From positions 352,001-416,000 of the forward strand of contig CAWBGA010000017.1 of the NCBI GenBank assembly GCA_963788195.1: a stretch of DNA of 64,000 bases. The letters run 5' to 3'. The notes below the pieces were generated by a model that saw only the letters and a list, made by a program, of their open reading frames with translations, ran no database searches and was not told where the DNA came from. This DNA comes from Nitrospirota bacterium (GTDB lineage: Bacteria > Nitrospirota > Nitrospiria > Nitrospirales > NS-4). A program made the position numbers and the translations under genes. This document shows positions 44,003 through 53,113 of the stretch, piece by piece (the stretch's first letter is position 1; each line of letters opens with the position of its first letter).

Positions 44003-44350
44003 AGGTTGGGCGGTGCTAGGGGCAAAGGGATGCGTCTTGGCGCATCCCAGGGCTGGGGCGGGTGCAATGGGCAAAGGGATGCGTCTTGGCGCGCATCCCA
44101 GGCCACGGGAGAAAAGAACTCGTCTGGCGAGCTCAGGGTGGGCTGGGTGTATGTAATGGGGGGTGCCAGGGGAAAAGGAAATCTGTCCGGTGGGCACCCG
44201 TTGCCTTCACTTGCAAGGGGTCGAAATGATCCAGGACAAGGGAAAAGGACGCGTCTAGGCGCGTCGGGGGCTGGGTGGGTGAAGTGGCGGGTGGATTGGC
44301 GAGCTCGGGGCCACGGAACAGATTCGTCCCGACGTGTCAGGGGAAAGGGA
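44003..44350 (-). repeat. Largest cluster of the dispersed repeat family
   Basis: GGGATGCG-loop-CGCATCCC hairpins at 44027 and 44076, plus reverse complements of the CCATTRCACCC, GGACAGATTTC and TTTCGACCCCTTGCAAGTGAAG motifs. Confidence 0.88.
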
Positions 44351-44392
44351 ATGTCGTGCTTGGTACGAAAGGGCTCGTACCCGCCAGAAACC

Positions 44393-44535
44393 TTACTTAC
44401 ACGTACAGCCTATATTCTCGGCACAGCCTCTGCAGCAATACTTCTTCCCGTCTTTAGGGTTGGTAAACCCATTTCCTGCGAATGCCTTCCAGTCTTTTTG
44501 GGCATGTTGCATTTGGGGCAGGTCTCGTCGGCCAT
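44393..44535 (-). CDS. Cys-rich metallothionein-like peptide (47 aa after restoring one base in an A-run)
   Basis: AAAGGAGG RBS; MADETCPKCNMPKK-DWKAFAGNGFTNPKDGKKYCCRGCAENIGCTCK-stop. Confidence 0.68.
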
Positions 44536-44738
44536 GGGAAATCCTCCTTTTAACTACTAACATTCTAACATCGCAAGTCCAGCCTGTATGAGAAAGTTGG
44601 ACTCTCTGAAGTAGGGCACTTCAAACGGCTTCCACACGCGGATATTCTCGTTTAAAATGATCGTCCAGTTCATTCGTTTTAAAGGACGCTGTGCCAACAC
44701 CGATCCACTAATCTTTTGATGGCCCTAAGCTTGGCTGG

Positions 44739-45700
44739 ATGGTTCGTCGGCTGCGCCGGAAGTCCTCCGCACCTTCCTTCACCGACCCCAGTCAGAACTT
44801 CGCTCGTTTTGCCATCAAGCTCGACCGGCTCAATGACGTTGCCTTACCTTTATTAATCGAGGCTGCGGACCTCTGTAAAACCCATGTGCATGCCTCCTAC
44901 GGCTTCGAATTGCATGATAAAAGCCAGTATAAAAAGTTGTTCAAGGGGAGTATCTGGATGCGGCCATCCAACATTACGGACTACAACAGGGCGTCGCAGT
45001 TCGATACGTTCACCCAAAGCTTCCAGCCGGAGCCGGGGGCCTACACACCCAAGAGATGGTCATCAGCATGGAGGGCGAACCACTAGTCGATAAGACCGCG
45101 CAAGACGCGGATGAAATCCTGCATCGCCTGGAGCGCCGCAAGGAAGGGCCTCTTCATCTGGTCGTCAAAGGCGCGGAGGGCGTGCGGGAGTTAGACCTTT
45201 ACTCGCTGCCGTCCTGCAATTATCCCGTCGTGCTGGTGGAAAGTGGCGTGGTGAATGCATTCGCCGACGGCGTCAAGATCATCGTCACCACCGGCATGCT
45301 CGATTTTTGTGCGAATGAGACTGAACTCGCCCTCGTCATTGGCCATGAAATTGCTCATAATGCCCTCGGCCATGCGGACAACGTGCGCCTTCGCAGAGTG
45401 TTAGACGCGTTGTACACTGCACAAACCGGTTATCGCGCCGAACTCGCGGCAACTGCCACACAGCTCTCGTTCTCCAAGGATTTTGAAACTGCGGCAGATT
45501 ACGTCGGATTGTACATTGCCGCCCGCGCCGGCCATGATATACGTTGTCTGGGGGCGTTCTGGATGCGCCTGGCGCGCCAGCGCCCGTCCATGAATACCCC
45601 TGCATTCGCCATTACTCATCCTGGTTTTCCCGAACGGTTCACGTCATTTCAGACGACGCTGCAGGAAATCGAAGAGAAAAAACGGCGTGGGGACCCCTAG
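44739..45700 (+). CDS. M48 family metallopeptidase (N-terminus frameshifted, start uncertain)
   Basis: VNAFADG, ELALVIGHEIAH, FETAADYVG, THP. Confidence 0.8.
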
Positions 45701-45739
45701 TCCGGTGATACCTTCGGCGCTGCTCAAAAGAACCGAAGT

Positions 45740-45970
45740 TCAACCGTAGATCCGCACCCATTCGTGCCCTTGTTTGCGGTATTTGTCCCTGACCGCCTCC
45801 CATGCCTTTCGATGTGCGATTTCTTCCAGTGAGATTCCCGTCCGGTGATCTTTTGCCCGGACGGACGTGTTCCAAGCCTGATTGTAGGCGGTCAGGTATA
45901 CCTCCATGGCGCCAGTTGGCAAATTCTTTTTCATCGCACTCGGCAACTCTTCAATGTGGTTGTATGGCAT
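45740..45970 (-). CDS. chaB: ChaB family protein
   Basis: MPYNHIEELP...LPTGAMEVYLTAYNQAW...AHRKAWEAV...W, AAGGAG RBS. Confidence 0.88.
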   Translation of the reverse strand: MPYNHIEELPSAMKKNLPTGAMEVYLTAYNQAWNTSVRAKDHRTGISLEEIAHRKAWEAVRDKYRKQGHEWVRIYG

Positions 45971-46213
45971 ACTCGCTCCTTTCAGTTGCGGATTTCGCCC
46001 ACAATTCAGGGAGCACAAATACCAAAACAACCCGGATCCGACAAGGTACAAAAATCGCGATGTACTTGGAAACTGTCGATGGTTAGATATTTTGAAGTTC
46101 GCCGTCGGCATTTGTCTAATGTCTATGCGTGACGCTTGTTAGGTTTACGTTAGGAAAAATACATAACAGCGCGGGTAAATTCGATAAGAGGATGATAATA
46201 AAAGGAGGCTTCA

Positions 46214-46986
46214 ATGAAAATCGCACTTGGGCTGGCGGCATTCGCCCTCGTATTAACGTCAGGCGCGCAGGCGCGTGCGGCAGACATCATTATCGACCGG
46301 GATCGACAAGTCGAGCAGCAGCGGTCAACGTTATTGCCGGGTGCAACAGCTCCCGGTGGAATACCATTGAGGGTGATGTGGTTCGTGTCGACGCAGACTC
46401 TTACATTATCCGGGACTCAAGTGGACGCGATCTGCGTGTTTATTTTGACCGGAGCACAGTTCGGGACAATATTGCCGTCGGTGACCGTGTGATTGCCCGT
46501 TTCGATCGGCCGTCGGCACCGTATGCGTCCAATATTACGCGCCGTCCTGGCGACTTGACTCCAGCGCCAGCCGCAGCCTTTCCGCGGCCGCAAACCATTG
46601 AAGGGGAGGTTTTACGAATCAACACTGACAGCTATGTCATTCGCGATCTCTCCGGCCGGGAGATCCGTCTGCATATCGACGGCACGACGAAATTGGACGG
46701 CAATCTGACTCCAGGCGACAAGATCGTCGCTCGCGTGGTCGCCCCCCCGTCCACCTTACCGTACGCTGAAACGCTCTATAAGCTCAATAGCGCACAGATT
46801 CTAGAAGGCCAAGTCGTCGCCATCGAAGGCAATAACTATGTCGTCCGCGACAGGAACGGCGTCGAGCACCGGGTCTATACTGACAGCGGGACAGCTGGAG
46901 GGACTAACGTCGTCATCGGTGACCGCGTCGTGATCGTCCGAGGCACCGCGCCGACGGCCCACGCAGATTCAATCACGAAAAGGTAG
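46214..46986 (+). CDS. Exported protein with three OB-fold-like repeat modules (indel near 46355)
   Basis: AAGGAGG RBS, signal MKIALGLAAFAL, three IEG.V....Y.IRD..G...R..D...GD modules, ends ADSITKR. Confidence 0.75.
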
Positions 46987-47021
46987 GCGGCATCGTCTTT
47001 ACAGACTTCACAACCTTTTCT

Positions 47022-47062
47022 GAAAGAGCGGGTGGCCCAACGGCCTCCCGCTCTTTCTTTTT
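47022..47062 (+). terminator. Intrinsic terminator
   Basis: GAAAGAGCGGG...CCCGCTCTTTC followed by TTTTT. Confidence 0.75.
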
Positions 47063-47070
47063 AAACGGCT

Positions 47071-47727
47071 TTGCTCCTCCCCTTTGAGAGCCGCCAGGCA
47101 GTGGGCCTTTGCGCGCTGTTTTCATCCATGCCGATGGCATGCGCGTTCACGGACCAGACGGTGAAGCTCCCGACCATACAGTTTCTGATCGGACGATCGC
47201 CCCATCCCTGTAGGGCAACTGTGGTCGTGCCGCTTATCGTAGATCTGCGGGAAGCAACGGATCACATCGGAGTCAAAAAAAACCTCTTCGGCATGGACAC
47301 GAAGGTCTTTCCGGATCGTAATGTCGCTGTATGGTTGCGCGAGCGATTGAAGACTGAATTGCGGGCGGCCGGAGTCAATACCATTCGAAAACGCGGCAAT
47401 GAGTCGGCAGCGGTGGTTCAGCTTTTCTTAATGAGGTTGTTTTCAGAGCCCGTGTTTCGCTGGGGGGACGATGATGATTATGAAACCACCCTTGCGGTGC
47501 GCCTCAAAGTAACTTCTGGAGCGGGTGAAATCACCGACCGAGAGTACGCCGTGACCGGAGTGGCCAGAGGACAGCGTCCGAAGGAGAAGAACTATACACC
47601 CTCGATGGAACATGCCACCGCCGAATTGATGAAGCGACTGGTGCCGGAGATCATTTCGAACACTTTGGAGGCTGCGGCGGCCGGCGCCGTAATGTGCGCG
47701 ACTGCCCCTGAAGAGAGAACACGTTAG
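47071..47727 (+). CDS. Hypothetical lipoprotein (YajG-like)
   Basis: MAC lipobox-like motif, VDLRE..IG.KKNLFG pattern. Confidence 0.55.
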   Translation: MLLPFESRQAVGLCALFSSMPMACAFTDQTVKLPTIQFLIGRSPHPCRATVVVPLIVDLREATDHIGVKKNLFGMDTKVFPDRNVAVWLRERLKTELRAAGVNTIRKRGNESAAVVQLFLMRLFSEPVFRWGDDDDYETTLAVRLKVTSGAGEITDREYAVTGVARGQRPKEKNYTPSMEHATAELMKRLVPEIISNTLEAAAAGAVMCATAPEERTR

Positions 47728-48607
47728 TGGGGCGGTTCTTCGCCCGGACTCTGAATCCTCGCAGTCATCTCTGTCAGCGAGGAAAAGAGCCCGTTCAGCT
47801 CCGAGCCTTTTTTTAGCAGACCCTCGGCCGTGGAACGTAATTCATTCTCAAGACGGTCCCGCTCCTTGGCCAGATCCGAGAGCTTGCCGAGCATAAGCTG
47901 GGAATTCGTCAGCCCGTCTTGCAGGTCTTCGCAGGTGGCCTGCCCTCGCTTGGTCGCGGCCGGCAAAACCTCCAATTTCTTCAGAAGCTGCTCCAACTGT
48001 GCTTCGCGCGCAAGAAGTTCCGCTTCAGCGCTCAAGCGTTTCTCTTCACTCATCCGCCAACGGGCGTGGAGATTTTGAATGCCGCGGATCCAAGTCATGG
48101 CATCGCCAGGCGCGAGCAGCGGAGGATCGGGCGGGGCTTGCCCTCGATCGAGCGCTTCGATTGCATGCTGAAGCCAATCAATAAAAATTGTTACGTGATG
48201 CAGATTGACGCTCAGCGGAGACGGAGACGAAGGGGATAACGTCTCTGACTTCACTGGCTCAGCTGAGACTGAGTCGCGTGAGGAGTCGCCCATTCGCGGC
48301 CTTCGGCTGGGTGCCGATGGCCGAGAAGGACGGCCACACAGTGCCTACAAAATGGTTGTTCATTGGATGTGCAGGTGCATTTGGTAAGCAAGCTTCCGCC
48401 CTTGAGCTGGATCGTCTGCTCATATAAGCCGAAAGGACCGGTGACTTCCGACAGGATCTGATCTTCGTCCGCCTCAAGGATCTGAACGCAATTCGCGGAC
48501 TGGTATTCCTTTCCGAGTTGAAAGACCTGAGCGCCAACGACGGACTGAATCATTTCAGGTTGGATTTGGCTTAGTTTCTGGGCAGTACACGGAAGTTTAT
48601 TGCGCAT
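47724..48607 (-). CDS. SWIM zinc-finger protein with coiled-coil C-terminus (probably one gene split near 48300)
   Basis: CTC...FCRHCVAVL SWIM motif. The downstream ORF overlaps out of frame. Confidence 0.7.
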
Positions 48608-48906
48608 GTTGAAATTCCTCTGGAATAAGCGAATTGGGTGTGAAAGATCGTATCCATACGTGACGCCACGTGCATCCCCTACAAAAGAATAGGCCGACGA
48701 CTCAAGGTGGTATGTTTAAGGTATCTACCCCATACCGGAATCATTCGTACGTCCTGTCTCTACGATCTGACGACTGGTGGATTATCCGCAGCCCTGGTTG
48801 CTTATCACCAGCCCACACGGCGTGTATCGAATTCATAGAGCCAGCTTGGACGCGTTACACAAGACAAGTCCTCGTCCTTCATAGTGACTTCTTTTCTGAT
48901 TCGTCT

Positions 48907-48922
48907 TGGCAAAGTTTATGCA
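48907..48922 (+). promoter_or_regulatory. Putative sigma54 -24/-12 promoter
   Basis: TGGCAAAGTTTATGCA (GG-N10-GC), 65 bp upstream of the ORF at 48988. Confidence 0.55.
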
Positions 48923-48987
48923 CTATCTCACATCAAGGGCGTGGCGAAATCCGTAATGAACAGCGGTAAAAATGAGGGAGGACTAGT

Positions 48988-49164
48988 ATGTTAGGAGCGG
49001 CAGAATTCACGATGTTCGGGAATATCCTCATGGGGATCATGGCGATAGCAGGAGTGTGCTCGTTGCTCTACGCGTTTGGAGCTTCGTTGAGTAACCCCTC
49101 CTCGGCAGTGGAGCTGATCCGACTCGAAGAAGAGACTCCGCGCGAGGGCAGAAAGGCGGCATAG
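48988..49164 (+). CDS. Small single-TM protein (58 aa, not in ORF track)
   Basis: GGAGG RBS; MLGAAEFTMFGNILMGIMAIAGVCSLLYAFGASLSNPSSAVELIRLEEETPREGRKAA-stop. Confidence 0.65.
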   Translation: MLGAAEFTMFGNILMGIMAIAGVCSLLYAFGASLSNPSSAVELIRLEEETPREGRKAA

Positions 49165-49333
49165 CAAAAACAGTATCCGCGCCGTCACGTTCTGAAGGCG
49201 GCGCGGGGCCCTTTCGGACACGTAGTTCCTTCGTCGCTATGCTCGGCGACTGCGCAAATGCCCATGCTCTCCAGGACTGTGGTATAATCGCCCGCCGATT
49301 CTAAAGAATCCTGCATGAGAAAGTCTCCCGGGC

Positions 49334-50008
49334 ATGCTGAAGGCGATCCTCTTCGACTTTGACGGCGTACTGGCTGACACCGAACCCCTTCACTTTCGTA
49401 CCTTTCAGGAGGTGCTCGCCGAAGAAGGACTTCATCTCAACGAGCAGGATTATTATGCAAAGTATGTCGGCTTTGACGATAAAGGGTGCTTTCAGGCCGT
49501 CTACTCAGACAACGGCCGGCCCTTCACGGCAGAGACAATCGAGCGCCTGGTCGATCGAAAAGCAGGAATGCTGTTAACTCAGTTGAAGACGAATCACATT
49601 GTGTATCCCGGCATTCCCCAGTTTGTAACCACGATCGCGCCCAGATATCGTCTCGCAGTGGTTTCCGGCGCTCTGCGGCATGAAATCGAATACAGTTTGG
49701 GCGTCGCGGGCATCAGGGACCTGTTCGAGCAAATTACGGCGGCACAGGACGTCCGGCATGGCAAGCCGGATCCCGAAGGCTATCTGCATGCGCTCTATCA
49801 ACTCAACCGAGTGACACCCCTAACGGCGCCGGAATGCCTCGTCATTGAGGATACCGTACAAGGCGTTCATGCAGCGCATGCCGCCGGCATGCGCTGCTTA
49901 GCCATTTCAAATACGCTTTCACCGAACGAATTGGCGCAGGCGGAGGCGGTGACTTCAACGCTGAAGGGTGACGATATCGCCTCCCTCGAGCGACGCTTTT
50001 GGAATTGA
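49334..50008 (+). CDS. HAD-family phosphatase (beta-PGM-like)
   Basis: FDFDGVLADT, GKPDPEGY, VIED. Confidence 0.92.
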   Translation: MLKAILFDFDGVLADTEPLHFRTFQEVLAEEGLHLNEQDYYAKYVGFDDKGCFQAVYSDNGRPFTAETIERLVDRKAGMLLTQLKTNHIVYPGIPQFVTTIAPRYRLAVVSGALRHEIEYSLGVAGIRDLFEQITAAQDVRHGKPDPEGYLHALYQLNRVTPLTAPECLVIEDTVQGVHAAHAAGMRCLAISNTLSPNELAQAEAVTSTLKGDDIASLERRFWN

Positions 50009-50118
50009 GAAAGCTGATGAGCATCCGCCCGGCTGGTCCATGGCCACCACTCCTTGGTCAGCTGTTCCAACCGTGATTGCGCCATTATGCTGATTTTGAG
50101 AGGCTTCCAACCTTCAGC

Positions 50119-50997
50119 ATGACGGCGCACAAGGCACAGCAGTACTGTACTGCCCTGACGAAGCGAAGCGGCAGTAACTTCTACTATTCATTCCTCTTTC
50201 TGCCTAAGATACGTCGGGAAGCCATGTATGCGGTCTATGCGTTCTGCCGGGAAGTTGACAGTGTGGTGGACGAACCGTCTCCGGGATCGGATCCCCGTGA
50301 AGCTCTTGCTCGTCGCCGTGCCGAGTTGGCAGCAATGTACCAGACAGGGGAGTCACGAGCGGACGGCACCTTTTCTCCTGTTATGGCCTGTCTGGCCGCC
50401 CATGTCCGGCGATTCGATATTCCCCAAAGTTACTTCGAAGATGTCATTGCCGGAGTAGAAATGGATCTCTCGGTCGATCGATACCGGACTTTCGATGAGC
50501 TTTCGACGTACTGTTACCGGGTGGCATCCTCAGTCGGTCTCATTTGTCTTAGGATCTTCGGGGCCCTGAAACCAGAGTCAGAGGCGTATGCGATCAACCT
50601 CGGACTCGCGTTTCAATTAACCAACATCCTCCGCGACGTGAAGTCCGACGGACATCGAGGCAGGATTTACCTTCCGCTGGAAGACCTGGCGCGGTTTCAG
50701 GTCACTGAGCAAGAAATTCTGAACCAGGTAGACAGCGTAAGATTCAGGGAACTCATGGCATTCGAATGCACGCGCGCGCGGGAGTTTTATCACCGTGCAG
50801 AAGCTGCCTTGGCTGCAACTGAGCGGCCGGTGCTCCTGCCCGCTGAAATCATGCGCGCGATTTATCAGGGCATCCTAGAGCGGATTGAGGCGCGTCAGTT
50901 TCAGGTGTTCGGGGAGCGCATCACCATTGCCCCATGGCATCGTCTTGCGATGGCGGTACAAGTATGGCTCGCAAACCGCACCCCGCGACACGACTAA
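50119..50997 (+). CDS. hpnD: Presqualene diphosphate synthase / phytoene-squalene synthase family
   Basis: SGSNFYYSF, YAFCREVDSVVD, YCYRVAS, QLTNILRDV, GRIYLP. Confidence 0.82.
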   Translation: MTAHKAQQYCTALTKRSGSNFYYSFLFLPKIRREAMYAVYAFCREVDSVVDEPSPGSDPREALARRRAELAAMYQTGESRADGTFSPVMACLAAHVRRFDIPQSYFEDVIAGVEMDLSVDRYRTFDELSTYCYRVASSVGLICLRIFGALKPESEAYAINLGLAFQLTNILRDVKSDGHRGRIYLPLEDLARFQVTEQEILNQVDSVRFRELMAFECTRAREFYHRAEAALAATERPVLLPAEIMRAIYQGILERIEARQFQVFGERITIAPWHRLAMAVQVWLANRTPRHD

Positions 50998-51001
50998 TCA
51001 T

Positions 51002-51039
51002 AAAAAAAGGGCAGGCGCCTATTGCCAGACACCTGCCCC
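51002..51039 (-). terminator. Intrinsic terminator of the cytochrome c gene
   Basis: GGGCAGG...CCTGCCC stem followed by T7 on the minus strand. Confidence 0.6.
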
Positions 51040-51065
51040 GCGGTGGTCATTTTCATGCGTCGTTA

Positions 51066-51506
51066 CTACTTGCCGTCGAAACTCCGCTCATAGAGAATCG
51101 TGTACCACGCTTCCTCTTCGGTGATCGCTGTGCCAATCAACGGGACCATACCTGTTCCTGCACTGCCGTTCTTAATGACCCAGAACATTTCTCCATCAGT
51201 GCGGGCCTTATGGAATTTGGGGTTTGTGAAATTCCGTGGCGACGGGTTTAGGATCTGTCCGGCCGGGCCGTCACCCTTGCCGCTGACGCCGTGACAATTA
51301 AAACAGGTGCCTTTGCCCTCGAAAATCGCCTTCCCTTTTGCAATATTTTCCGGGGTCTTGGCGATTGGGTTCTTCATGGCCTTGGCGGCGGCCCGTTGAT
51401 CACCGGGGACCCGCGGAACCGAGATATCCTTCTCTTCGGCGTACGCCGCGGCCCCAACGAAGGCACACAGAGAGAATGCTATCGCTCCTGATCTCAAATA
51501 GCCCAT
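51066..51506 (-). CDS. Periplasmic monoheme c-type cytochrome
   Basis: AAGGAGG RBS, signal peptide, CFNCHG, G.GDGP, PRNFT, GTGM axial Met. Confidence 0.92.
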   Translation of the reverse strand: MGYLRSGAIAFSLCAFVGAAAYAEEKDISVPRVPGDQRAAAKAMKNPIAKTPENIAKGKAIFEGKGTCFNCHGVSGKGDGPAGQILNPSPRNFTNPKFHKARTDGEMFWVIKNGSAGTGMVPLIGTAITEEEAWYTILYERSFDGK

Positions 51507-51599
51507 CACCGCCTCCTTTTTTGTTATAAAAAATATCCCGACGACCCTAAAGAAACGCGAACAACCTGCCGATACAGCTTTACGGCGAAAAAGCGGCAC

Positions 51600-51628
51600 A
51601 CTATATCGTGCGCCCTATGGAGTGTCAA
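51600..51628 (-). promoter_or_regulatory. sigma70 promoter of the cytochrome c gene
   Basis: TTGACA-17 bp-TATAGT. Confidence 0.72.
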
Positions 51629-51819
51629 GACTGCAGAGCTTATGCCAAAGTATAAATAGCTGAGATTCTGAGGAAGTCTGCTACTCTAACACCAACAGAT
51701 ACGCTTCGCTGCCGGACCTCAGGTACCCCGGGCCGCATTCGGGGTGCGGGTATACTACTAGGCGACCTTGCTTTGACCGCGTTTATCCTTTAAAGTACTT
51801 ACCCAACACGGGAGGAACC

Positions 51820-53067
51820 ATGCGCCTGCTTCTCATCGCAGTAGCCATAACAGCGGTACTGTCGGGACTGGCGCCTGCAGGGTACGCGTTGTCTCCGGAG
51901 TATCAACTGGATGCGGAGCTGTCCTCCACGGATTCCACGATCGCTTATGCCATAACTCAGAACGAAGGATTTACACCTCCCTTCGAACATGTGGAGCTCC
52001 GGCTCTCGTCGGGCTCATCGCTGCCGTCCTTGGACGTCGATCCGCTGGAAGAGAAGGTGAGCATCGCATTACCGGCAACTCCCTTGCTTGTGGACCCCAT
52101 GGGCACCCTCGACCTCCAGGTGCCCATGGTTCGGACGGCGAAGATCGATCGCCATGTGCAATTTTTCAGTTACCAGATTCGGGACCGTTTTGAGCAATGG
52201 CTGAGCCGCCTTGAGCGTTACCGCCCGAGCGTGCAGAGCATCTTTTCAGAGTTCAAACTGCCCCTGGATCTGATCTTTCTGTCGCTTGTCGAGAGTGGCT
52301 TCAACACCAATGCGGTCTCCCGGGCCAAGGCCGTCGGTCCGTGGCAATTCATGAAGCCTACGGCCAAGTTCTATGGCCTGCGCGTCGACAGTTGGGTGGA
52401 TGAGCGACGGGATCCGGTCAAATCCACGGTAGCGGCCGCGCAGTATCTTCGGGATCTCTATCACCTCTTCGGCTCTTGGCCACTAGCCATGGCGGCATAT
52501 AATGCCGGTGAAGGCAAAGTGGGCCGTTCCATGGCTCGGCTCAAAGACAAAGACAGCGATTTTTGGGCCCTGGTGGATACAAAGCTGTTAAGAGCGGAAA
52601 CCCGCGAGTATGTTCCGCGCTTCGTGGCAGCGGCGCAGATCGCTAAGGACCCGGCTCGATTCGGATTCAACATTGCCCCTCAGCCCCCCGTGGAATACGA
52701 AGAGGTGATAATCACGCGGCCTGTCCATTTGAAGGCCGCGGCCCGAGCCGCCGGCGTTTCCTTGGAGGAAATGAAAAACCTGAATCCGGAGCTTCGGCGA
52801 GAGATGACGCCGCCTGATCCCCTGTATGTTCTCAAGGTGCCCGTTGGGAAGAAGTCCACCATGATGGCGAACCTTCCAGTTTACCGAACGCTCTACCCTG
52901 CCGTTTATCTTGAACCCAAGCGAAAACTATTCGCGGGGGCGGGAAAAGATAAGCTCGGATTGTCTCGCCTGGCCGCACGCGCTCAGCATCACAAGTCCCC
53001 CGATTGGCTGCTCAAGGGCAAATCCGGACGGGGTAAGTCTCCAGTCGTGGCACAAGCTCCACAATAA
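51820..53067 (+). CDS. Lytic transglycosylase (MltD-like SLT domain)
   Basis: VESGF, AVGPWQFM, DERRDP, AAYNAGEG, ETREYVP, LNPEL. Confidence 0.9.
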   Translation: MRLLLIAVAITAVLSGLAPAGYALSPEYQLDAELSSTDSTIAYAITQNEGFTPPFEHVELRLSSGSSLPSLDVDPLEEKVSIALPATPLLVDPMGTLDLQVPMVRTAKIDRHVQFFSYQIRDRFEQWLSRLERYRPSVQSIFSEFKLPLDLIFLSLVESGFNTNAVSRAKAVGPWQFMKPTAKFYGLRVDSWVDERRDPVKSTVAAAQYLRDLYHLFGSWPLAMAAYNAGEGKVGRSMARLKDKDSDFWALVDTKLLRAETREYVPRFVAAAQIAKDPARFGFNIAPQPPVEYEEVIITRPVHLKAAARAAGVSLEEMKNLNPELRREMTPPDPLYVLKVPVGKKSTMMANLPVYRTLYPAVYLEPKRKLFAGAGKDKLGLSRLAARAQHHKSPDWLLKGKSGRGKSPVVAQAPQ

Positions 53068-53113
53068 CCGCATAGCGAAGCGCCGACAACGCTCAACATA
53101 GCGCATCCGTCAT

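Noticed and set aside
44003..44350. CRISPR array interpretation of the repeats
   Set aside because: Units are degenerate and irregularly spaced, there are no unique spacers of constant length, and no cas genes are present.
43805..44560. 251-aa ORF, and similar ORFs at 37937-38379, as real proteins
   Set aside because: They are read-throughs of the repeat clusters (shared GCVLAHP / GMRLGA peptides) and overlap better-supported genes.
42051..49000. tRNA-Arg-anchored genomic island or prophage
   Set aside because: No integrase and no convincing duplicated tRNA 3' end (only a 9-bp CGGGGCCAC match near 44306).
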